Part shown: positions 1 to 11,428 of the stretch, one piece after another | Layout of the letters: every line of letters starts with the position of its first letter | Position numbering within the stretch: position 1 is the first letter of the stretch | Origin: Deltaproteobacteria bacterium | GTDB lineage: Bacteria > Desulfobacterota > RBG-13-43-22 | NCBI GenBank assembly: GCA_016219065.1 | Contig: JACRCK010000092.1 | Coordinates: 1 to 58,878, forward strand | Direction: 5' to 3' | Length of the DNA: 58,878 nt | The notes under the pieces: model-generated | Databases searched by the model: none | Seen by the model: the letters and a program-made list of their open reading frames with translations, nothing else | What the model was told of the DNA's origin: nothing | Position numbers and translations under genes: made by a program

Positions 1-2
1 GA

Positions 3-218
3 GCCCGGGGTTTCGGCGGTGAAACGATCGATGGAGCCGACGTGGCGCTGCGGGTGCCGGGGTTGCCCTATGTCCCTTTATACCTTCTACTGTGGCGGGG
101 TGACCGGGAGTTTCCCGCCCGGACGCTTATCGGCATCGATGCCCGAGCGCATTTCCACCTGGATTTAGCGGGCGTGTTGGCTTTGACCAACCTGCTGGTA
201 TATCGCCTCTGCAAGTAA
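3..218 (+). CDS. 3' end of a CDS truncated by the window start (possibly DUF3786-like C-terminus)
   Basis: Frame 3 is open from the window edge to TAA at 216-218. It translates ...VPLYLLLWRGDREFPARTLIGIDARAHFHLDLAGVLALTNLLVYRLCK. Family guess is from memory only. Confidence 0.3.
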   Translation, partial: ARGFGGETIDGADVALRVPGLPYVPLYLLLWRGDREFPARTLIGIDARAHFHLDLAGVLALTNLLVYRLCK

Positions 219-720
219 TTCTTTGGGTTTATCAAGGGCTCATCCCTGAAAGAGAAAATGATCCGGGAAGAAATGAAACGGGAAGCCGACAAAAAAAAGT
301 GATTGTCCAAGGAACCCTGTAAAATAAATTGCCGAAATAGAATATGAACCCGGCGCAGTCAGAGATTCAAAAGAGGCCTTCGCGCGCCTGATCCCCAGAA
401 ACATGGCTTATGAGCACTCCTCCGCTGCCGTTCACAATCGACTCCCGGGGCCCACACCGTTTTCCCTCAAGTCTCAAAAAACGTTGTTGCGCGTAGAGCG
501 GAAAAAACTTAAATTAAACGGTTCGAGGCCCGAAATACCCATGGTCACGGGTGCCTTCAGGGCCATGGTAATATTCCGATTGGTTTGCTTACGAGGTGTC
601 CTCATCATGAAAAAACTGCTGTTAATCATCATCCTAACGGGACGTTGTTCACTTCATTCACTTACCTTAAATTTTAAATGGCATTCCTGATTGAAGCCCC
701 CCTAACGCATATCAAACAAA

Positions 721-1038
721 TCAGCGGGAGGCCGACTTTTTGCCTGTTCCCTCGGATTGGCTCAGGCGGTGAGCTTTGGTTGCCCTCCACTTCAGGGGAT
801 ATTTTTCAGGGTTTTCGAGATTATCAATTTCCAAGTCCACGTCCAGTTTCGACCAATATAAATGGTACCCATGAAGCAACTGAACAGTCTGTATCGATTT
901 CAGAGTTTGATCCCTGAAGTAAGGATAATCCTTATAGCTGAGAAAGTACTCCCTTCCCTTGACGAAAAGCCAAATGCCAAAAGGTGTGATATTCTCAACG
1001 CTTACCAAAATGTTTTCGCCATGCCTGGACGATTTCAT
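721..1038 (-). CDS. DUF2442 domain protein
   Basis: ORF 721..1074; the internal Met (MKSSRHGENILVSVENITPFGIWLFVKGREYFLSYKDYPYF...LYWSKLDVDLEIDNL) is the likely start. The motif pattern is typical of DUF2442. It overlaps the upstream DUF4160 gene. Confidence 0.7.
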   Translation of the reverse strand: MKSSRHGENILVSVENITPFGIWLFVKGREYFLSYKDYPYFRDQTLKSIQTVQLLHGYHLYWSKLDVDLEIDNLENPEKYPLKWRATKAHRLSQSEGTGKKSASR

Positions 1039-1237
1039 CCTTATGTTCCTCAATAATACCCTGGATTTCACCAAGTTTTTTCGGAGTCAGCTGGTGATGG
1101 ACAGCCAAGGAGATAATGGGTTCCAGCCAGAATTTCGCTTCTCCGCTCTCGCTCATCACGTGAATATGGATGCGCTCTTCTTCGTTTGACAGAAAATAGA
1201 ATCGGTACCCTTTTTCTCTAAAAATGGACGGACTCAT
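995..1237 (-). CDS. DUF4160 domain protein
   Basis: 80 aa: MSPSIFREKGYRFYFLSNEEERIHIHV...AKFWLEP, the characteristic DUF4160 N-terminus. It is paired with a DUF2442 gene, as is commonly seen. Confidence 0.75.
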   Translation of the reverse strand: MSPSIFREKGYRFYFLSNEEERIHIHVMSESGEAKFWLEPIISLAVHHQLTPKKLGEIQGIIEEHKDEIVQAWRKHFGKR

Positions 1238-1648
1238 ATTTTATATACCCGGCTAAACAAGAAAATACCATCTCCATTCCGGTTTCTCGATATTATCCTA
1301 CTAAAATTATTGAAGGTGTCAACAAGTCATACCATTTCTACCATCCTTCAAACATTCCTCGACGCCGGGCACCAGGACGCCTGGGTAGTCGAAGCCCCCG
1401 GAGCCTGTTCCGCCAGAAGGCGGGATTAAAGGAGGGGGGGATATGCAACGCCGAGGGCACAGCCGAGGGCAGCTATGCAACATTCCGTCCTCTGGAACAC
1501 AAAATGGGGGACGTCTTTGAGTTTTTTGAATTATTCCCGGCTTAATAAAAAGACGGCCTTCGTCCATATATCTTTGCATTTTGAAACTAATCGCTTCAAT
1601 TTACAAAGATACTTGGCTATTTTGGATTATGCCATAAAATAGACAGGA

Positions 1649-1900
1649 TTATTTTTTAGCCTGACAACAAATTATTATAACAGCTGTGTCATCGGTTTCC
1701 CGATCAATCGGGGATCGTGTCCAGTCCACTTTTCGGGCCGCCGGTTTAAGCCGTTGATCAAAGGTGGCCAGGGGGAATCCCTTGCGCAGGGCCAGTTCCA
1801 GATAAGCAGCGTCATAGGCGGTCAGTGAATAGGCCAGGGCCAGTTCCTGGAACCGGTGGATTGCTTCGAAATAGAAGGGGGTATCTGTTTGAATTGTTGT
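1649..1900 (-). pseudogene. PIN-domain (VapC-like) toxin remnant, C-terminal part only
   Basis: Manual minus-strand translation gives ...DTPFYFEAIHRFQELALAYSLTAYDAAYLELALRKGFPLATFDQRLKPAARKV..., a classic VapC C-terminal motif. There is no start codon. TAA/TAG stops lie upstream in frame, and the N-terminal region is replaced by repeat sequence. Confidence 0.55.
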
Positions 1901-1997
1901 TTAAAAAATTCGTCCGGCTTGCTATAAAGATAACCGCTCAGGGGAGGCCTACTGCTCAACGCTCAGGGGCCAAAAAGAAGGGCGTGGGTAGCTCAGG

Positions 1998-2089
1998 GGG
2001 CGGGCGGGGATGAACGGCTCGACTGAGCCTTTCGACAAAGCTCAAGACCCTGAGCCTGTCGAAGGGCTCGCCGAAGTCCCCGCCCCTAC
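1998..2089. repeat. Family G-type module (GGGCGGGGATGAACGGCTCGACTGAGC...TCGCCGAAGTCCCCGCCCCTAC)
   Basis: It shares its ends with the copy at 3103-3156. The internal insert is CCTTTCGACAAAGCTCAAGACCCTGAGCCTGTCGAAGGGC. Confidence 0.8.
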
Positions 2090-2157
2090 ATTATTAACAG
2101 TCTCATATTAGAAATGACATCCGAAGCCCTATTCCTTATCTTTCCCGGCATAGGACC

Positions 2158-2214
2158 AGGTCAATAATCAATTGTCAATAATCAATTATCAATTGTTAAT
2201 TATTAATTATTAAT
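2158..2214. repeat. Family C AT-rich array (CAATTGTCAATAATCAATT...TTAATTATTAA), copy C1
   Basis: It lies directly upstream of the SDR gene. Related copies are at 5596-5660, 13021-13052, 47712-47752 and 53107-53140. Confidence 0.8.
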
Positions 2215-2243
2215 GAAAAACATAAGGATTAAAGGAGCAACGC

Positions 2244-3041
2244 ATGAAAGAAAACGGACGTTTGCAGGATAAAATAGCGGCGATCACCGGGGCGGCCAGC
2301 GGCATCGGGCGGGCCACGGCCGTCGCCTTCGCCCGGGAGGGGGCCAAGCTGGTCCTGGCCGATTTGCAGGACAAGGGCCTCCAGGAAACCCTGGCGGCCG
2401 TGCGCGAGGCGGGCGGGGAGGCGGTGGTCAGACCGGTCGACGTGTCGGTCGAGCAGGAGGTCAAGGGCCTCATCGACCTGGGCCTGGCCACCTTTGGTCG
2501 GATCGACATCCTGATCAACAACGCCGGCATCACGGGGCAAACGGTCGGCATCGAAGAGCAGGACGGCCAAGACTGGCTCAAGGTCCTGGAGGTCAACCTG
2601 CTCGGCGCCATGTACGGAATCAAGCACGTGGCCGGGCACATGCGGGAGCGGGGCTCAGGGGCTATCGTCAACACCGCCTCGGTGGCCGGGATCCGCTCCG
2701 GGGCCGGGGGGAACGCCTACAGCGCCAGCAAGGCGGGGCTGATCAACCTCACCCAGACGGCGGCCTGCGACTTGGGGGGCTCCAACGTGCGGGTGAACGC
2801 GGTCTGCCCCGGGCTGATCGAAACCGGCATGACCAAGCCGGTCTTCGACTACGCCCGTTCCGCGGGCAAGGAGGCCAAGCTGGGCAGCCGCTGCGAGCTG
2901 CGCCGCTTTGGTCGGCCCGAGGAAATCGCCGCCGCCATCCTCTTTCTGGCCAGCGACGAGGCCAGCTTTGTAACGGGCCAGGCCCTGGCCGTGGATGGGG
3001 GCAACACGGCCTCCCTCAACCTGCCGGGGATGAAATTTTAG
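2244..3041 (+). CDS. SDR family oxidoreductase (FabG-like 3-oxoacyl reductase)
   Basis: 265 aa with TGAASGIGRATA Rossmann motif, NNAG, and catalytic YSASKAG. AAAGGAG RBS lies upstream of the ATG. Confidence 0.9.
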   Translation: MKENGRLQDKIAAITGAASGIGRATAVAFAREGAKLVLADLQDKGLQETLAAVREAGGEAVVRPVDVSVEQEVKGLIDLGLATFGRIDILINNAGITGQTVGIEEQDGQDWLKVLEVNLLGAMYGIKHVAGHMRERGSGAIVNTASVAGIRSGAGGNAYSASKAGLINLTQTAACDLGGSNVRVNAVCPGLIETGMTKPVFDYARSAGKEAKLGSRCELRRFGRPEEIAAAILFLASDEASFVTGQALAVDGGNTASLNLPGMKF

Positions 3042-3102
3042 GGCAAATATGCACCGCAAAGGCGCAAAGGGCACAAAGAAATTAAAAAAAATGGCAACCC
3101 GG

Positions 3103-3156
3103 AGGCGGGCGGGGATGAACGGCTCGACTGAGCTCGCCGAAGTCCCCGCCCCTACG
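3103..3156. repeat. Family G-type module, short copy
   Basis: GGCGGGCGGGGATGAACGGCTCGACTGAGCTCGCCGAAGTCCCCGCCCCTACG. Confidence 0.8.
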
Positions 3157-3204
3157 TCAGCGCTTAAAACTTATTCGCTAAACTCCGACCGGTATTTTCG
3201 TATT

Positions 3205-3250
3205 GATTCGATGTTGGACGTTGGATGTTCGATGTTGGACGTTCGTCTTT
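3205..3250 (+). repeat. Family A heptamer array (GAYGTTS)n, copy A1
   Basis: GATTCGATGTTGGACGTTGGATGTTCGATGTTGGACGTTCGTCTTT, preceded by the CCGACCGGTATTTTCGTA module (3186-3203). Confidence 0.9.
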
Positions 3251-3527
3251 AAGATATTATTCGCGGCTCCCCATCCGGCATTTATCCCACTCACCCGTTA
3301 TTCTTTTCCCCGCAGCGCCAGGGAATCCCCCAGGATCCCGCACCCCGCTTCAACAACCACGAAAATAATGTTCAGCAGGGTGGCGGCCGCAAAAGCCCGC
3401 TGCGTCTCTTTAAATCGAACCATTCCCTTCCCTCTTTATTTTTATTATACTGGATCGCAACGATCCGGGAAAGATCCGAAGACCCTGTAACCGTCAAACC
3501 TTCGATCCGGGTTAAAATCTGAAATCG

Positions 3528-4691
3528 GTGAAAGGCTCCCCCATGACGATATCGCCAAAAACCCGCCGGAATAAGAAATATTATCTGCTGCCGTTGATCA
3601 TGCTCGGGGTCTGCCCTTGGACCGGGTTCTGGTTCGGACCAAGCAGCGTTAGCGGCGATATGCCGTCGCGGGCCCGCAAGGCGGTGGAGGTCCCGGCCGG
3701 GCAGGGCTTCGGAACCTTTCTCGAGAACTTAAAAATCCCCTGGGAGATCGTTTTTTTGAGCGACCGCACGGCCCTGGTGACGTAGCGGCCCGGGATCCTG
3801 AAAATCAGCGGTCAACCGGTCTTAGAGATCCCCGTCGCCGGGGTGGAGCAGCGCGGCGAGGGCGGACTTCTGGGTCTGGCCCTGCATCCCCGGTTCAAAG
3901 AAAACAAGTGGATCTACCTTTATTTTACCACCCGGGATGAGGCGGGGTTGAAAAACCAGGTGGTCCGCTATGTTTTCGAGAACAACCGGCTCTCCGGCAA
4001 GAAAATAATCGTCGATCGTATCCCGGCGGCGACCTTCCACAACGGCGGACGGATCCAATTCGGCCCCGACGGCCTGCTTTATGCCGGGACCGGCGACGCC
4101 GGTGACAGCCAATCGGCCCAGGACCCGCAAGCCCTGGCCGGAAAAATTTTGCGTGTGCGGGAAGACGGGTCCCTGCCGCCGGACAACCCCTTCGGCAATC
4201 CGGTCTTCAGTTACGGCCACCGCAACGTCCAGGGCCTGGCCTGGGACGATCAAAGGCGGCTCTGGGCCACGGAACACGGGCGGTCGGGCCTCTTTTCCGG
4301 TTATGACGAACTGAACTTAATCGAGAAGGGGAAAAATTACGGCTGGCCCGTCATTCAGGGCGACGAGACCCGGGCAGGGATGGTCGCCCCGGTGATCCAC
4401 TCCGGGCCGGATGTAACCTGGGCCCCTTCGGGGGCCCGGCATTACCGGGGGAGCATCTTTTTCGCCGGCCTGCGGGGGCAGACCCTGTATCAGGCCCGGC
4501 TCGACACCGCCGGCGGGGTGGAAAAATTAGTAGGCTATTTTAAGGGAACGTTCGGACGCTTGCGCACGGTGGTTTTGGGGCCGGATGGCTTGTTCTATCT
4601 CCTGACCTCCAACACCGACGGCCGCGGGCGACTGGGGAAAAGCGACGACCGGATCGTTACGGTGGATCCGGGGAAGATGGGCGCTCCTTGA
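3528..4691 (+). pseudogene. PQQ-dependent (soluble aldose/sorbosone) sugar dehydrogenase interrupted by an in-frame TAG at 3783-3785
   Basis: ORFs 3528..3785 and 3843..4691 are in the same frame. Read-through gives ...LSDRTALVT*RPGILKI...GGLLGLALHP...HNGGRIQFGPDGLLY...SYGHRNVQGLAWD. The N-terminus is signal/TM-like. Confidence 0.8.
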
Positions 4692-4693
4692 TT

Positions 4694-4758
<65 letters not shown>

Positions 4759-4765
4759 TTAAAAA

Positions 4766-4848
4766 CGTAGGGCGGGGCGGCGGGATCGCTGAGCGTCCGG
4801 AACCCCGCCTACGGCGGGGTTCCCACGCAGAGCAGGGGAACGATAAAA
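4766..4848. repeat. Family G GC-rich module adjoining A2
   Basis: CGTAGGGCGGGGCGGCGGGATCGCTGAGCGTCCGGAAC...GTTCCCACGCAGAGCAGGGGAACGATAAAAAG. Close relative at 53033-53102. Confidence 0.8.
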
Positions 4849-4995
4849 AGCTTACCAGATTAGCCGAGCTTGGGCTCCCCCCGAGCCTGCCCCGCGGCAC
4901 GCGGGGAAAAAGGGGGGCTGGGGGGGATTTTCTTGCTTAGCGGGTGCTCACCACGAGTATGGCGGTTTAGTTCGAAAATAGACTCAATACCGGTT

Positions 4996-5463
4996 TTAAT
5001 GTCCCGTTTCGTTTCCCTCCCCCGTCTTCAGCGATTTCAGAATCACTCCCGTGCCGATTCCCCAGGCACCGTTGGCCAGGAAGGCGGTCACCAGCAGATA
5101 CGGGTTCCAGCCGCCTCCCAGGGGCCGGCCCTTTAGGGGTAACACTACCAGCAGGGCCACCAGGGAGAGGAGCACCCCCCCGAACAGAAAAGCGGTGACC
5201 CAATACCCCTTCCCGGCCGGAAACCGGCCCTCGAACAGCACGTAGATGATCCCCCAGACCCCTCCCCAGAAGGACAAGGAGAAAACCGTGGGAACCCCGA
5301 AGGGTTTGGTCGGCGCCATCTGGAATGGTCCGAAGGGCGACACCCCGGCGCTCCACAACACGACTACCAGCAATTGGTGAAAGATCAGGGTGGCCAGAAA
5401 TCCGGCCACGAAACCCGCTAACAGACAGACCGGGGAACTTGGAGTCTTTCCAGACGGTTCCAT
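4996..5463 (-). CDS. Hypothetical integral membrane protein (about 4 TM segments)
   Basis: 155 aa with four long hydrophobic stretches. Coding-like codon usage. No recognisable family. Confidence 0.6.
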   Translation of the reverse strand: MEPSGKTPSSPVCLLAGFVAGFLATLIFHQLLVVVLWSAGVSPFGPFQMAPTKPFGVPTVFSLSFWGGVWGIIYVLFEGRFPAGKGYWVTAFLFGGVLLSLVALLVVLPLKGRPLGGGWNPYLLVTAFLANGAWGIGTGVILKSLKTGEGNETGH

Positions 5464-5698
5464 AAATATTCCTCCTCTAAGCCGTTATGGGAATCCTGCT
5501 CCAATCATTATCAACCGGTTCCGCTTGTTTATCAAACCCAAATATCCCGGAAGCCCATAATATTTTAGAATACCACCGGGTTGCGAATTACGGCTAATAT
5601 TAAATTATTGTTTTAATAATAAATGATTAGCGATTGATCATTGATTATTGGTATATAATATGCGATATAAAATGCCCAAAAAATACCAAGGAGCAGCC

Positions 5699-6469
<771 letters not shown>

Positions 6470-6494
6470 GGGAAAGATACCGTTCGGTGTTGAA

Positions 6495-6533
6495 AAGACG
6501 AACGTCCAACATCGAACGTCCAACATCGAATTT
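6495..6533 (-). repeat. Family A heptamer array, copy A3 (inverted)
   Basis: AAGACGAACGTCCAACATCGAACGTCCAACATCGAATTT, 25 nt after the crotonase stop. Confidence 0.9.
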
Positions 6534-6617
6534 AAAGACACAGGGCAGGCGTCCAGCCCGCGGATACTGCGAAGAACTGTTAGCCGCAGACTCACGCGGA
6601 CAATAAAAGGAAAACAC

Positions 6618-7772
<1,155 letters not shown>

Positions 7773-7852
7773 TACGAAAATACCGTTCGGCGTTAGGCGT
7801 TAGGCGGAGGAGTTAAATACAAAGATTATTCCAATACTCCGACGGTTGACCC

Positions 7853-7948
7853 GTCATTGCGAGCGGAGCGAAGCAATCCCCCCGATAAGCTTCGAGGAAA
7901 TCCAAGTCGGGACGGGGATTGCTTCGTCGCTTCACTCCTCGCATTGAC
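7853..7948. repeat. Family D inverted repeat, copy D1
   Basis: GTCATTGCGAGCGGAGCGAAGCAATCCCC ... GGGGATTGCTTCGTCGCTTCACTCCTCGCATTGAC. Confidence 0.9.
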
Positions 7949-8067
7949 TTACTAATCAAAATTCGTTTTTTCATGCTTCGCGGGTGCTCGACCCGAGCAT
8001 GGGGGGTTTAATGCGTAAATAAAAAACGTAGGTTGAATTTTAAAATTTTTACCGTAAGGAGCAGCAA

Positions 8068-8904
8068 ATGGCCGTCGACTGGAAAACGGTAAGCCGGGAA
8101 CCGCGGGAATTTATCTTTGAATATACCTGGCAGGATGTGGTCCTCTATGCCCTGGGCATCGGGGCCCAGACCGATGAACTACCCTTCATCTATGAGAACA
8201 CCCCGGGCGGGCTGCGGGTCTTTCCCAGCTTCGCAGCCAAGGCCGCGGGGGGCCTGATCATCGCCTTCGGACAGCAGATCGAAGGCTTCCGGTTTATTCA
8301 CGGGGAACAGGCCATCCGTTTGCACCGGACCATCCCGCCCCAGGGGAAAATCATTATCACCAGCCGGGTGGCCGACGTCTTCGACAAGGGCAAGGCCGCG
8401 GTGATCCGCTTTGAAACCCAAGGGCGGCTCGCCGACGGGGCGCTCCTTTTCGAAGTGGAGCACGTCGCCTTTCACATAGGCGGCGGGGGCTTCGGAGGAG
8501 ACCCGGGACCGAAAGCGGAACCCCTGAACCCTCCCGCAGGTGTGGCGCCCGTTTTAAGCCTTAGCTACTCCATTCCCGAAAACCAGGCCGCCCTGTACCG
8601 CCTCAGCGGTGATTTGAATCCCCTGCACCTGGACCCGGAGTTCGCCCGGCGCGGCGGCTTCGAGCGGCCCATCCTGCACGGACTCTGCACCTACGGCTAT
8701 GCGACCCGGGCCATCGTCCACGGTCTCTGCGGCGGGGACCCGGCCCGCTTCCGGGAGTTCAGGACCCGCTTTGCCGAGGTGGTCTACCCCGGCGAGGCCC
8801 TGACCACCGAGGCCTGGCCGGTTGGGGAAGGGCGGTTCATCATCCAGGCCCGGACCGAACGGGCCGTGGTGCTCCGCAACGCTTACGCCCGGGTCGAGAT
8901 TTAA
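8068..8904 (+). CDS. MaoC-like (R)-specific enoyl-CoA hydratase, double hot-dog
   Basis: 278 aa. The C-terminal half carries YRLSGDLNPLHLDPEFARRGGFERPILHGLCTYG, the MaoC dehydratase motif. Confidence 0.85.
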   Translation: MAVDWKTVSREPREFIFEYTWQDVVLYALGIGAQTDELPFIYENTPGGLRVFPSFAAKAAGGLIIAFGQQIEGFRFIHGEQAIRLHRTIPPQGKIIITSRVADVFDKGKAAVIRFETQGRLADGALLFEVEHVAFHIGGGGFGGDPGPKAEPLNPPAGVAPVLSLSYSIPENQAALYRLSGDLNPLHLDPEFARRGGFERPILHGLCTYGYATRAIVHGLCGGDPARFREFRTRFAEVVYPGEALTTEAWPVGEGRFIIQARTERAVVLRNAYARVEI

Positions 8905-8935
8905 AGGGCCGGCGGGGCCTTCCGCCCCGGAGAAA

Positions 8936-11428
8936 TCAGCGGGTCCTGACCTTGGCCAATTCCGCTTGCACCGCCAGCCCGAGTTCCTGCATCCGGTAGG
9001 GTTTTTGCAAATATGGGCCGGAACTTAACCGCTGGGCTTCCTTGACCCGATCGGTTTCCGAGAAGCCGCTCACCAGGATCGTTCTTTGATCGGGATGGAG
9101 GCGCAGGATTTCCTTGAGCGTATCCAGTCCGTCCATTCCCGGCTCCATGATCATGTCCAGCAGCACCAGATCCACCGCTCGGCTTTGCAAATATTCGACG
9201 GCCTCTTCGCCGCTGCCGACGCCCACCGGGAGGTAACCCAATTCCTTAAGCAGGCGGAAGGCGATCTCCCGCTGTTCCTTCAGGTCGTCGACCACCAGAA
9301 TGCTCTCCCCCTGCCCCCGGTATTTGGCCAGGGGGATTAGCGGTTGGACGTCTTCCATCCTGATGCTGGTGGCGGGCAGATAAATGGTTATGGTCGTCCC
9401 CCGGCCCACCTCGCTTTGCAGGTCGACATATCCTTTATGGTCTTTCACGGTGCCCCAGACTACGGCCATCCCCAATCCCGATCCGCTCCGGCCCATGACC
9501 TTTTTGGTATAGAAGGGCTCGAAGATCCGGGAGATATCCTCGGGCGCGATGCCGATCCCCTGATCGGTAACGGACAAGGTGGCGTATTCCCCCTCTGCCA
9601 CCCGCTCGTAACCCGTGAGAGGCCGATCCAGCACCCGGTTTTCGGTGGTCAGGGTGACGGTCCCCCCTTCGGGCATGGCTTCCGCGGCGTTGTTGAGGAG
9701 ATTCATGATCATTTTAGACAGGTGGACCGGAGAGCCGAGCAGGTTCCGGAGATCCGGGGATAAACGGGTCTTAATTTCCACCCGGGGATGATATAACGCC
9801 AACCCTTCAAATTCGGGACTCTGCAGATAATCCTGGACGACCCGGTTCAGATTCACCACCCCGTGCTGGGGGACGCCCCGGCGGGCCAGGGTCAACAGGT
9901 CCTGCACGATGGCCGCAGCCTTCAAACCGGAGGCCTGAATGGTCAGGATGGAATCCCTGATCGGGTCGTCCGGGGGAATTTCCAGCAAAAGCAGTTCGGG
10001 GTAACTGACCAGTCCGCTCAGGATATTGTTCAGATCGTGCGCCACGCCCCCGGCCAGATTGCCGATGGCCTCCATTTTTTCAACCACCCGCAGGCGCTGT
10101 TCCAGCTTTTTGCTGTCCGTTATATCCCGCAACAAAACCAATATCCCGGACGGCCGCCCTGCGTGATCGAGAAAACGGGAACTGCTGATGCTGACATCCA
10201 AAAGCCGGTGATCCTTGGTATAGCGCTGGCTCTCAAACCCCTGACAGGGAAGGCCCTTTTCCACAACGGAGCGAAGTACGGCGTTCGTAGCCATCTCGTG
10301 GTCAGGCGGGACATAGGGGATTTTCCGCCCCCACAATTCTTCCAGGGTCCAGCCGAAAACCCGGGTAAAGGAAGGACTCAAATAGGTCACCCGGCCGTCC
10401 AGGTCGTAGGTGACGATGGCATCGGCCGAGGAATGGATCAGGGACCGGTAAACCGCTTCGGTTCGTTTGGCTTCTTCGTAGAGTTCCTTGTATTCCTCCC
10501 GGCTCCGCCGCAGGTCTTCCTCGGCCTGAAAGCGATCGGTGACGTCCTCGTAAAACATGATAATGGGTTCATTTTCCACTATGACGGCCTGGAAATGAAT
10601 CATCCGGTCCAATCCGTTCTTACAGCGGACGGTAAAGATTCGATCGGGATTTATTCCGTATTGGAGGGCTTCGGGAATATCTATTTTCCAAGCCGCCTGG
10701 ACGGATTTCCGGTAAGCGGGATCGGGGTAGGCCTTTTGAAACCAGGCTTCCCGGTCGGGAAGGTCGGCCTGGGTGTACCCGAAGATTTCGGTGAATTTGG
10801 AGTTTAAATATTCGAAGGACTGCTCCCGGGTCATAATGGAAATCCCGAAGGGGGCGTTTTCCACCAGTCCCCGGAAACGCTCCTCGCTGCTCACCAATTG
10901 CTGTTCAGCCTTTTTCCTTTCGGTAATGTTGCGGATGACGCACAAAACGTTTTGATCCGCCAGCGGCATGAACCGGGCTTCGAAATATAATTCCTCGCCG
11001 GTGATCCCGAGCGAATACTCCAGGCTCACCATGCCCCTGGTGGTCTGCACCTCCCGCAAGGCGGACTTAAATTCTTCCCCGAGCTGCGGCTCGGGTATGC
11101 TCTGGATCTTTTTCCCGATCACCAGCTCCCGAGGGAGATAGAGCTCGGAAGTACTGCCCCCCCGGCAATCTATAATCTTTCCCTCCCCGTCCACCCATAA
11201 AAAAAGATCGGGGAAGGCATTGAGAACGGCCCGCAGTTCCGTGTTGGCCTGGATCAGCTCCTGGGAGCGCAAGTCCAGGGAGTGTTCCAACTGGGCCCGG
11301 TCTTGGTCGAACTCCCCATAGGCTTCATTAATCCGCTCGATAAAAGTCCGCCAGACGGGGGGCAGATCGCCGGTGTCCCCGAAATGGCTTTTAAGCTGGC
11401 GTTCCAGGAGGCTATGAAGCGGCGCCAT
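8936..11428 (-). CDS. Hybrid sensor histidine kinase (multiple PAS, HisKA, HATPase_c, C-terminal receiver)
   Basis: 830 aa with H-box GGVAHDLNNILSG, N-box LLNNAAEAM, G-boxes DQGIGI and GSGLGMA. Receiver region has ILVVDD...LVLLDMIM...LQKPY. Confidence 0.9.
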   Translation of the reverse strand: MAPLHSLLERQLKSHFGDTGDLPPVWRTFIERINEAYGEFDQDRAQLEHSLDLRSQELIQANTELRAVLNAFPDLFLWVDGEGKIIDCRGGSTSELYLPRELVIGKKIQSIPEPQLGEEFKSALREVQTTRGMVSLEYSLGITGEELYFEARFMPLADQNVLCVIRNITERKKAEQQLVSSEERFRGLVENAPFGISIMTREQSFEYLNSKFTEIFGYTQADLPDREAWFQKAYPDPAYRKSVQAAWKIDIPEALQYGINPDRIFTVRCKNGLDRMIHFQAVIVENEPIIMFYEDVTDRFQAEEDLRRSREEYKELYEEAKRTEAVYRSLIHSSADAIVTYDLDGRVTYLSPSFTRVFGWTLEELWGRKIPYVPPDHEMATNAVLRSVVEKGLPCQGFESQRYTKDHRLLDVSISSSRFLDHAGRPSGILVLLRDITDSKKLEQRLRVVEKMEAIGNLAGGVAHDLNNILSGLVSYPELLLLEIPPDDPIRDSILTIQASGLKAAAIVQDLLTLARRGVPQHGVVNLNRVVQDYLQSPEFEGLALYHPRVEIKTRLSPDLRNLLGSPVHLSKMIMNLLNNAAEAMPEGGTVTLTTENRVLDRPLTGYERVAEGEYATLSVTDQGIGIAPEDISRIFEPFYTKKVMGRSGSGLGMAVVWGTVKDHKGYVDLQSEVGRGTTITIYLPATSIRMEDVQPLIPLAKYRGQGESILVVDDLKEQREIAFRLLKELGYLPVGVGSGEEAVEYLQSRAVDLVLLDMIMEPGMDGLDTLKEILRLHPDQRTILVSGFSETDRVKEAQRLSSGPYLQKPYRMQELGLAVQAELAKVRTR

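Noticed and set aside
403-690. 95-aa plus ORF and the embedded 27-codon lipoprotein-like ORF (MKKLLLIIILTGRCSL...)
   Set aside because: There are no homology cues, the coding signature is poor, and the sequence does not match a true lipobox. It is probably non-coding or decayed sequence in the AT-rich islet.
1319-1579. 86-aa minus ORF (MQRYMDEGRLFIKPG...CPRLCPRRC...) and the direct repeat GCCGAGGGCA x2 flanked by ATGCAAC (about 1443-1482)
   Set aside because: There is no RBS and no recognisable family, and the composition is odd. The Cys pattern arises from the short direct repeat itself. It remains only a weak possible binding site.
3049-3490. ORFs 3049..3252 and 3203..3490 (MLDVGCSMLDVRL..., MIRCWTLDVRCWT...). 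Similar ORFs occur at 4712..4900, 25601..26308, 33081..33338, 38332..38628 and 48264..48587.
   Set aside because: Their sequences are translations of the family A, B and G repeat modules, not genes.
3783-3785. TAG read as pyrrolysine
   Set aside because: The aligned position is a conserved Glu of the TERPG motif, one G-to-T step from GAG. There are no pyl genes in the window and no methylamine methyltransferase context.
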